39,032 bases of DNA. Origin: Octopus bimaculoides (Eukaryota). Below, piece after piece: positions 12,189-22,358 of this stretch (its first letter is position 1; the number at the start of each line of letters is the position of its first letter). Below the pieces are notes generated by a model. It saw nothing but the letters and a program-made list of their open reading frames with translations, had not been told where the DNA came from and searched no databases. The position numbers and the translations under genes were made by a program. The stretch spans positions 7,202,048 through 7,241,079 of the forward strand of contig NC_068997.1 of the NCBI RefSeq assembly GCF_001194135.2, in the 5' to 3' direction.

Positions 12189-12765
12189 NNNNNNNNNNNN
12201 NNNNNNNNNNNNNNNNNNNNNNNNNNNNNNNNNNNNNNNNNNNNNNNNNNNNNNNNNNNNNNNNNNNNNNNNNNNNNNNNNNNNNNNNNNNNNNNNNNNN
12301 NNNNNNNNNNNNNNNNNNNNNNNNNNNNNNNNNNNNNNNNNNNNNNNNNNNNNNNNNNNNNNNNNNNNNNNNNNNNNNNNNNNNNNNNNNNNNNNNNNNN
12401 NNNNNNNNNNNNNNNNNNNNNNNNNNNNNNNNNNNNNNNNNNNNNNNNNNNNNNNNNNNNNNNNNNNNNNNNNNNNNNNNNNNNNNNNNNNNNNNNNNNN
12501 NNNNNNNNNNNNNNNNNNNNNNNNNNNNNNNNNNNNNNNNNNNNNNNNNNNNNNNNNNNNNNNNNNNNNNNNNNNNNNNNNNNNNNNNNNNNNNNNNNNN
12601 NNNNNNNNNNNNNNNNNNNNNNNNNNNNNNNNNNNNNNNNNNNNNNNNNNNNNNNNNNNNNNNNNNNNNNNNNNNNNNNNNNNNNNNNNNNNNNNNNNNN
12701 NNNNNNNNNNNNNNNNNNNNNNNNNNNNNNNNNNNNNNNNNNNNNNNNNNNNNNNNNNNNNNNNN
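12189..12765. other. Assembly gap (577 N); other gaps at 20099-20108, 29010-29129, 30797-31108
   Basis: Runs of N. Confidence 1.
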
Positions 12766-12849
12766 TGGCTTTCTCTTTGCAAACGGGCTAAGCACTCTAA
12801 GTGAAAGCGGTTCCAAGCTAGGAAGAGTATTTGAAACCGGGTTGCGCAT
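12766..12849 (-). CDS. Putative start-codon exon of the unidentified minus-strand gene (MRNPVSNTLPSLEPLSLRVLSPFAKRKP..., continues into gap)
   Basis: taacaATG start context; strong upstream acceptor ttttcgttttgtttctcccatttcgcttttaaatcag| at 12905; abrupt GC increase at the ATG; frame open up to the N-gap. Confidence 0.45.
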
Positions 12850-13169
12850 TGTTATTATTTTGAGAAATTTTTATTGTTCTTTCATAATTTTTTTTTATAT
12901 CTAAGCTGATTTAAAAGCGAAATGGGAGAAACAAAACGAAAAATATGCTAGCTTATGTATTTATCATACGTATATTTTTCTGTTTTGTTTTATCAGAATC
13001 GGGAAAATAAATGTAATCCTTAAGATTTTTGTTTTTGTTAGATTGACACGTGTTGTTAGGACGGAATTTTGTCAGCCACAACGCATCATCAGACACAACA
13101 ATAGTATTGCGTGGTCATATGGAGACATTATGAAGACAAGCTTGGGTGAAGTGAGCAAATAAAAGAAAC

Positions 13170-13375
13170 CAACCAATGGCTATCGTCGGCACAAATACGT
13201 CGCAAACGAAGAAGCCGTCATCTCAGACGGTTTTACTGCTTCACACAATCATACACATACACATACACACAAGCACACATAAACACACTCAGAACCTAAA
13301 ATTAACCAATCAGCTCGCTACAATTTCGATAGCCCGGATGTAGTAGGAATGATCTCGTGTGTTAGACTCGCGGGG
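13170..13375. promoter_or_regulatory. Promoter-like CpG-enriched segment
   Basis: Two CCAAT boxes (aaccaatgg near 13178, aaccaatcag near 13304), ETS-like ccggatgt near 13334, CpG excess relative to flanks. Confidence 0.3.
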
Positions 13376-15122
13376 TTTTTTTTTTTAATAAAGAAGGGGG
13401 GGGGGCTTTTAAAAAATCTTTATCTTTTATTTTCTTATGTCTGTCCTTGTTACGTACGTAAGAAATTGATTTAACACTGACTGCTGGTTTATTTATTTAT
13501 TTTTTCCAAAACTGTCGGTTTCAGAGAGTAAGTTGAATATAAAACCAAGACACTTATGGGATGGTTGGAGAATTCGTTGTTGAATAAAGTTGTTCAATAC
13601 ACCTGATCGATTTTGATGGTTGGCTTGTTTACTTTAGTGCTGATTTCTTCCAAAACCGACAAAAACAGAAATCTTGAAAGTAGATTATATTATCGCGCAA
13701 CAGAGAAGGCATAATTGTCACTGCTAACCAGCTGCACAATAAATGTTTTTCAGTGACTAAATAAATGTTTTTTTCTGGTGCTTAACTAAGACGGTTTCAA
13801 ATATTACTGGATGGTGTGTTAATTCACCCACAGGTGCCCTTCATCTGTCCAAATGAGCTAAAGAGGCCGGGTAGGGGAACTTATAAGTGGTCGGTCATCG
13901 TATATCACTGTTGAATATGTTATATACTAGACATACAAATAAAAAGGAAAGTTGTAAGTATAAAACTAAATTTACCATGCGTAGCCCGAGGACGGCGTTT
14001 GGCAGTAGGTCAACTAGATGATCGCCTAGGGTGCCAAAATCTGAGGACAACACAAAAATTCAAAGTAACTTGGATAAAATTCTAACAAAAATCTTAAAAA
14101 CTTAAATTATAATAGAGAACAGAGGAGGCTGAATGATAGAGAGGGCTAAAGTGCGGAGACGGGAGGGCCTTGTGATGTTTTGATGCCCTGACACAAGATA
14201 TGGCATAATTTCGTCAGATAACAGATTTACTAGGTGATATGCATAATCGTAAAACTATAGATACAGTGTGCACAAATTAACTGTAGATTTTCATTGCATT
14301 TTTCAGGAGGTGTAAAGAGGGTGATAGCCGAAGAAGGTGCGTATACTGTAGGGTTGAGCGGGTTATGCACATTGAAAGGTGAGAAGCGGCCACACATTTA
14401 GAACTGTTCAACGGTGCCTTGTATGCTAGGCCTTGTATGCTTTTATCAAACACACTTAAGACACACAATATAACTTACTGTGATCCTGTCAAGGGCCACG
14501 TTGCGCATTCCGGCAAACGGCTTATCATAAGGGTACAATGTAGAAGTTGAAGCAAATTATGTTTTCTCCTTTCTCTTAATTTGTTACAGCAAGTCTGAGC
14601 TTTCCTACTGATATACACAGCAGACATTCTTGTTTATCCCCAGATCTGTTTAAATCAGGCTGACCTATGATAAAAACGATTCCAGCAGTGATCATCCCGT
14701 CTTTTTTCCTTATATGTGGAATCCAGGAACGGCATTATCCAGTGTATTCATTTCTAAGATGGTAAAACACTCGTTGGATTGCAAGTCGCTAAACTCCACT
14801 AAAGCACGGCATATACTGCATTTAATTTCTGGTGGTGTGCATTCCAGCAGCCTTTAGAAATATATTTGGGCATTGGTAATTCTATTTTTGTATGCATGTG
14901 ATTTTTATATTTGCTTAGTTTGAGAGCAAAGGACACTGTCCTAAATATGATTGAAGTGATGTAAATGTGTATGAGTGTTTGAGAGTGAATAAACATGTTA
15001 TGTCAAGAACTATACTGGCTTTATCTTGCTGAACAAACAAATTCTACTCCTTGAATGCGGAGGTGAATTTTCATTTCGCATACGTTTCATTCACAAGGCA
15101 GATTGTCTGCAACTTGACGTAA

Positions 15123-16085
15123 TCTTTTTTCTTCTTAGCTCATCTTCGCAAACAAAGACTTACGGGAAGGAATGTTCACTTCTGTTGCAGGGTTGCCGAT
15201 TCGGGACAGACAGACTGCACGGGAAGGTAGGTTGATCAAGGCTGGACGTAGTATCCTTGATTTCCTTTCTTTTTCTTTTGTCTGCAAGGATGGTGCTGCG
15301 GGTGTCTTCAAAGGAGGCAGATGTCTGATGGACAAGCTTCATGGTCAGTAGCAAGAACAGCCCACTGGTGGTGACCAATGTGATAGGCGCCGTGAGAATT
15401 CTTTAGAGGGGTCCTTGTTCCCTTTTTTTGGTGCTCTTCTGTCACGGTGACCAGAAGAGAGTTCACTATACAGTGTGATCTGGCAAAATCGATGACCCTC
15501 TATCTTGGCAATGTGTCTGCGAGGCGTAGTGGTGCCTAACAAAATTGCTTCGATGCTGGTGACCTTCACCTACTCTAGGACCTTAACTTTAGTGACAGTC
15601 ATTCGAATGGATGCTGAGGGTGATACGAAGGCAGCACTGATGGAATCGCTCCAAGAAGTCGTAGGTGGTGTCGATAGATGACCTAGATGGTCTTAGTCTT
15701 TGTCCCTGAGTAAGAGGCAGGTGCCTCATCTGGGACGTCACAGTCTGTGACTCCTTTGCCTCCCCCCTACATTCTGGATGCTGCGGTAAATGGGAGGATC
15801 ACTGCTTCTATAACCGAACGGAAGAAAATCTATTAGTATCAAAGACCTATCAGTGAACTGTCTCTTCCAGCCTGTTACATCTGAGACATTTGGAAGGGCT
15901 AGGCCGCTAATAGCGAAGTTCTTGTCATCGTTGGCGGTACGCCTTTCCGAGGTGATCCCCGTGAGGGTGCTTGGCTGTTCTAATGCCTTAGCTTCGCCAT
16001 CCCCCGTGATAATGCCATGAGCATGTTGACTTGCTTCAGTAGCTTCCACTGAATCTTGTGGTATGCGTCTAAGAGTTGAATTCAT
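15123..16085 (-). mobile_element. RTE-clade LINE derivative: 3' ORF end and tail, joined to a probable RTE 5' region
   Basis: 15700-15160 encodes degenerate YRHHLRLL-ERFHQCCLR..VTSIEAILL..LYSELSSGHRDRRAPKK..TFPCS; 3' end tctttgtttgcgaagatgagctaagaagaaaaaa is RTE-like. The 5' part (16085-15700) is assigned with less certainty. Confidence 0.75.
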
Positions 16086-19000
16086 ATCTTTCTTTCCTCT
16101 TTTCCTTCTTTCTTCTTGTTTTTCTTTTTTCGCTCATGTTTGTGTTTTTTCCGGTTTTGGATTTGCATTTTAATGTGGTCTTGTATTATATATGTGTCAT
16201 ATACATATGTGTTATGTATGTAATTTCTAAATTCAAATCTGAATTTTCATGGAATATTTATAAATTAAAATTGTACACATTAGATAATCCGTCAGGCTTA
16301 ACCACACGACCAATTAAGAGGGATACAGAGTAATTTAATTTCTTGTTTGTCATTAAAACTGATTTGTTGTGTAAATTCAATTGTTTCAGTTTTGTGAAAA
16401 GCATGAATGTGACACATTTTTATTAACTTCGCCAATAAATTTAAATTTCTTAAAAAGATTATGGAAGTAATTTGGAGAAACATTAATTTCTGTCGAAAAT
16501 GGGTCAAGGGGAGAGAACCGTTGTAGAATCTCTTCAAATTATTTTCAACACCATCAAACCCAAGAAAGTTGGAAGCTACTCGTGAAGCCTCTTCTTGCTC
16601 ATTATTATGACATCGAATCGATCTCTTAATCATTTGTAACAATGTCTTATACGTGTGCTGTTGTGTATTGCTGGACTAGGGCTGGTCTCAAGTTCTCTTT
16701 TTAGAAAGACAAAATAAATAAATATAGACTTAGAGCAAACAATACAATTTTGAATTACGAAGTTTCTTGAGAATTTTCTTTTCTTTCCGTTTTTGATTGA
16801 AATAAAAAATTTCAATTTTCATTTATCCTTACAAATGAAATGAATAAACTTACAAAGACAGAGTCTCTAAAACAATACTCGCTTTTCATGCCTAGTGGTA
16901 ATATGGTCAACAAAATTCACATCTGATGAGTGTGTTACCAATATTATTTGGCACAAGACAACGCATTCGGAAGAAGTTTATTTCATTAAATCGACACAGA
17001 GGTCTTGAATGATCGACCACAGAAAGATAAACGGTTATATTCTCAGCAGTATTTCAGCTAAACTATTCTACTTTAACTTCAAAATTATCATATATACGCG
17101 CTCACAAGTACGGAGTAAAATTAACATAATCCCCAGAAAAAAATATTTTCCCATTATAAAACTATGTGTTATAATTTTGCCAATGTTCCAAAGGAATTAA
17201 ACATTTAAATACATTACCCTTAAAGAATGTATGAAAATGTATACCCTCATAGAGTCCATTATGTCTGGGAAGAAAGACGGAATGGTCTTGGCACGTCTTT
17301 GATCATATCTGTTCAATCAGATCCAACTCGGCACTAAACAACAGGTGACAAAGGGAACGAGACGAGGCAACCTACCATATATAAACTTAAGTATATACAT
17401 ACAGATGTGTTTGTTCCTGCATGACTGCTTGATGTCGGTTCCCTTTGACATCCCTGTAACTTAGCGGATCTTCCTTAATCCATTTTCTGTGACACATATT
17501 AGCTTTATCAGATGAAGATGGTGTACATAAAGGGCTATTGTTTGGAAGTATCCTGTCATAGAAACTTTCATGTCTGTGTCTTGGGAAGAGACCAAACCAT
17601 TATCACGTTTTTTGACCTCAGATTAATTTGATTCTGAGAGATGTGGCCATTCTTTACCCCTAGTGAAGTCTTATCTAGCATGTATTTCCTATATACTTGG
17701 GTATTATATTTATTGCCAATCAGTTGCTTGGTGATGGCTGATCTCAGAATCTTGAACCTTACAGAGGAGGTGTCAAAAGATCGATGACAGGCGATATGTG
17801 ATTCTTAAGAAGTTTCATTCATCTTGGTGAAACTGAGTTTCTAGAAGCACAATGGATATATTTGCATGCCTGACCCCCTCACCTAAATTTCTCCTATTTC
17901 CCATCATCTGTCTAACTGCAGTATTTTGTTACTGTAATTAAATGTGAGCAGAATGACATACTTCACCAGCTTTTCCTTGACAGCATGTACCATTCTCACC
18001 AAGTAGAACCATTTTGCTTGATATCTGTCCATCATTCTTAATACTGTCCTCTCTGCTTGTATTTTACATTGATCATCCTCTTGAATGGTAAGATTATTTT
18101 TCTGTCTCCACCACCTTCTTCGTCTCTCAATCTTTCCATGCACACTATGCCTGCTTCCCCACCATCCAATCCAATGTCATCTTTCTCTCATCCTTCTGCT
18201 GTCTGTCATTACTACCATTCTGATTCTCCCCACCCCCTACCTTTTTTTCTATACTGTCAGTCATCTCCTATTCTCCTTTACCCCCTTTCCATCTCATGTC
18301 TCATAGGTCACCCCATTCCATGTCCACCAGTTACTCTATCCACCCTTCAACCCTACCCAGTCTCTACAGTTGTCACCTACTCTTCCCTCTCTTCTTTATC
18401 ATTTCTCAACACTTGTTCTTCATTCCTTATGTCCATCCTCTCATCCTAATACCATCTCTACCCATCTCTCACTTTCCCATGTATTCTTACTAACTCTATC
18501 CACTCTCATTCCCTCTTTTCCTGTCCCCACTCACTTCTACTCACCTCATACCTTTACAGTCCATCCTGACACCTTATCATTACTATTTCTATCTCTTTCT
18601 AGCCCCCCCCCATTCACTCTTGCCCTCTTTTCTACAATATGAAAAGCTGTATAGTTCCTCTACAGCAAGTAACCTGTTCTGTTCTGTCCCCTCTCTTCTC
18701 TCATACTTTAACCTCTCGTCCCCTAGCATAAGGCTGCCTTCCTCACTACTACAGCTCCATTCAATCAAAAGGGATCTTAATCTTGCAAACTGCATGGTGA
18801 CTTCACAACTAGTGGTGCTATGAGGGAAACAAAAGGGCACCCAGTCCACACTGTGAAGGGGTTGGCATTAGAAAGGACATCCATGCCAAAGTAGACATTG
18901 GAGTATATTGCAGTCTGTTGGATTCTATCTGACTCTCCGCATGGAACACGGATGATAATTCACACACAGGTGTATGCTTTGTGTTGATCCTGTGCTTAGA

Positions 19001-19167
19001 TGTGCAAATTGTGGATTTTTCTTTCCTGGAGGATCATTTTCCATGTTATGTTTCTGTGGATTTATTACAACGGAAAGTGAGATCCTCTTTTAAAAGTATT
19101 TTCCTCATGTTTAGGAGTAAAATGACATTTTTGAACATTTAAAAAAAATTTCACTTATTTTGCTTAC

Positions 19168-19354
19168 TCTTAATCCAAACATGGATTCCTGCCCTGGAAT
19201 TGTGGGAAGAAATCTTCACATTGGTGGTGCAGCACCAACAAGAACAAATATGATTACAAAAATACCCCAATAAAAAAACTTTAAAATCATTTTGAAAATA
19301 TTAACAGGTTTGAAAAATAAAAATAAAATGGAAAAAAAAAGAAAATTAACAATA
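19168..19354 (-). other. Putative 187-nt spliced exon (probably 5' UTR) of a transcript divergent from INTS3
   Basis: Acceptor tctgcttctctctcttcag| and donor AAGA|gtaagc are both near consensus; contains a 24-codon ORF. Confidence 0.5.
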
Positions 19355-19767
19355 CTGAAGAGAGAGAAGCAGACATGAAGAAAATGGTGAGAATTCTGGT
19401 TTCAGATTTTGGCTCAAAACCAGTGATTTCAGGGTGGGGTTATTTTGATTACATCAACCCCAGTGTATAACTGGTACTTATTTCATCGACCATGAAAGGA
19501 TGAAAGGCAAAGTCAACCTTGGTGGAATTTGAACTCAGAACACGAAGATGGACGAAATGCCACCAGTAACAATTCTGTCAGTTTGTTGCCGTCAAATGGT
19601 GAGAAAATTGAGAGAAACATTTACAGTGAGGAGACAAGCAATATGTCTGACCATTCTTTCATTTTTATATAAATTTTGTTTTTATTTATCCCCACATATT
19701 TTATCCCTGCTCAATGTAAAGTTTTTCTCTATTAAATGTATGAATAAAGACAATATTTAGAATACAT

Positions 19768-20255
19768 TTGAATAACACAAAAGAGTTGGAAAATCTTCAT
19801 CTGCAGACCGACATGAAAACCTCCATTGAGAATCAAAGAGCTGCAGAGGAACAGTGGGTAATCAAAAGCATCAAAGAGAACCCAAAAGTGTTCTCTTATT
19901 ATGCAAATAAGCATAGAACTGCTGTCTCACCCATTGGTCCATTGATCGATGATAACGGCATTCCCAGACACGGTGCTAAAGAAATGGCAGGAATACTGCA
20001 GAAACAATACTGCTCTGTCTTTAGTGATCCCACTGATATTGACGTAAGAGAAGCGAACGAAGTTGATTCCCAACATAAAATCTTGGACATAACCTTCANN
20101 NNNNNNNNATTCCCAACATAAGATCTTGGACATAACCTTCACTGCTTCAGACATCATAGCAGCAATAAATGAGGTCAAATACTATTCTGCCGTAGGCCCT
20201 GATAGATTCCCCGCTAGTCTCATGAAGGAATGTAGACACCAACTTGCAGTCCCTC
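19768..20255 (+). mobile_element. CR1/L2-like LINE ORF2 fragment (endonuclease-RT linker)
   Basis: IKENPKVFSYYANK..IGPLID..KEMAGILQKQYCSVFS..SAVGPDRFPASLMKECRHQLAVPL; frame open apart from the gap duplication; ends at a retroposon copy. Confidence 0.85.
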
Positions 20256-20261
20256 TGACCA

Positions 20262-20505
20262 GATAGCTACACCAGACTCCAATCTGATTTGGCAGAGTTT
20301 CTACAGCTGGATGCCCTTCCTAATGCCAACCACTCCGAGAGTGTAGTGGGTGCTTTTACGTGCCACCGGCACAAAGTCCAGTCAGGTAGTACTGGCAACG
20401 GCCACGCTCGAAATGGTGTATTTGACGTGCCACCTGCACAAGAGCCAGTCCAGCGGTACTGGTAACGAACTCGCTTGAATGTCTTTTCACGTGCCACTGG
20501 CACAA
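20262..20505 (-). mobile_element. RTE 3'-UTR-derived retroposon copy
   Basis: Reverse complement of cactacactctcggagtggttggcattaggaagggcatccagctgtagaaactctgcc; matches 1400-1470. Confidence 0.85.
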
Positions 20506-20670
20506 GTGCGTGAATAAAATACAAATAGAACGGCCTATCAAAAATGTTAAATATAAATGGCTAAAAATTCAAAAACTACCAAAAACCTAATAGACAAATA
20601 TAAAATAAGTAAAGGTAAAATATGTATATACTTGTTCCGTAACCAACGCTTCTTTATTATATATATATAT

Positions 20671-20826
20671 GTGGTTGGCGTTAGGAAGGGCATCCAGCTG
20701 TAGAAACTCTGCCAAATTTAGATTGGAGCCTGGTGTTGCCATCCGGTTTCACCAGTCCTCAGTCAAGTCGTCCAACCCATGCTAGCATGGAAAGCGGATG
20801 TTAAACGATGATGATGATGATGATGA
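20671..20826 (+). mobile_element. 5'-truncated RTE 3'-tail copy with (GAT)n
   Basis: gtggttggcgttaggaagggcatccagc...ccaacccatgctagcatggaaagcggatgttaaacgatgatgat. Confidence 0.9.
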
Positions 20827-21469
20827 TATATATATATATCAGTTTCTGATTGAGGTCCACAATGTCACAGATGAGGTCTCAGAAACAGGAACACCAATGG
20901 AGTGCCAGTTAATAATGAAGTCAAACCAAAAAGTTATATTTTGAAATCATTTAACACATGTTTCAGGTCTGTTTAATATATAAAAGGAAGTGCCTCGAAT
21001 ATGTAAGACCATCCTCAGTTAAGTAGGTTGGGTTAGAACCCAAGCTGTGTCCTCATGAAGTGCATTTGCATATTTCAGGACTCCAAAATTGTATGGAGGT
21101 TTTATTTGTTTAAGAGTTGAAAAATACTGGAAAATAGATTTTTTGGGGTAATTACATATTAAAACAGAAGATTGCAAAAACTTTTTTTGGCATTATTTAT
21201 TCTCCATTTCACATTTTTCATTTTTTAATATGAGTTTACAAAGGCAAACATGTAAGGCATCATCTATTTGAAATTCATCAAACAGAGAATTAAAACAATA
21301 CCAAATTTACATGGAGGGGAAACTTTAAGTAAAGTTTCATCCACGTGTAAATTTTGTATTATTTTAATGTACCTGTTTTTCCTAGATGTACATCTTTGCA
21401 ACTCCTATTTGGAAATGAAACACGTGTAAAGGGGAATGAATGTCAAAATATTTCTCCATCATCTGTTTT

Positions 21470-21543
<74 letters not shown>

Positions 21544-22283
21544 GTTTGTGAGATAATTGGAAATTTCAAAAATTGAATTGCGTTCAACATATATTTTCAG
21601 CTGCTTCTGAGAATGTATGTTGAGATCAAATTATGATCATAAACGGTAACAATTACATAGCGCGCGTTCAGATACAGTCACGCACATATAGACAGACATA
21701 CGTATGGAGAGCGGATGCTTGTTTATTGGTGGAAAAAAGTTTATCAAGGAACTCAAATATGCTCACACCGTCCAAGTACCATAAACTAGATTTCGATCTC
21801 TTCTCTTTTACATTCATCATTGTTTGAAATATTTAAAAAAAATGAAATTTACTTATTTCTTTGCAAAATATCAATTACAAGATGATTAAGATATGTAACG
21901 AAATATCAATTTGTTATATGAAAAATATTTTGTTAACATTTTCTATGGAGCAATATCCGTTTATAACAGCACTCGAACCAAATTACGACTCAGGCATGCT
22001 CTTAGTTTGATTTTTAAAAAATATATTTACTTCTTTAAGAAACAATTTCTTTCAAAACCTGTCTCTAATTTATAATATATCTTTAATTAAGAAGAAAAAC
22101 AAAAAATTACACTATTTTACTATAAATAAATAACATCGAATCTTAGAGACGTCGGTGGTAATCTGTTGAGGTCTTTATTTTCTGATTTCTCTCCTAATAA
22201 CAGAAATGAAGACCTGATTTTTATTAATTAATTCTGTCAGATATAAAAGTATTCGTGTGAGTGAAGAAAAACAAATAAAAGAT

Positions 22284-22358
22284 ATGGAAAAAGAGAAAAT
22301 TCCCGGATCCAGATTAATATTTTCGTCCGTTTTAGAACCGAAGGATGATCTCGAAGAG
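22284..22358 (+). CDS. INTS3: INTS3 coding exon 1 ([25 protein letters not shown])
   Basis: ATG at 22284; matches vertebrate RLLLSTSLDAKDELEE; donor GAG|gtattt, phase 0. Confidence 0.9.

Noticed and set aside
12180-12782. Long ORFs listed across N-gaps (also 28863-29252, 30656-31204)
   Set aside because: Their length comes from N codons; only the real sequence at their edges was assessed.
13981-14435. Possible hAT-like non-autonomous element (gatcgcctagggtgccaaaat..gtatgctaggcc), also with a 65-nt cryptic minus-strand exon at 13976-14040
   Set aside because: No clear TIR pair or 8-bp TSD could be read; the cryptic exon has an early stop in phase 0.
20066-20141. 33-bp direct repeat flanking a 10-N gap in the CR1 fragment
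   Set aside because: The copies differ at one base and sit exactly at contig ends; typical unmerged overlap of two haplotypes. Removing one copy restores the frame.
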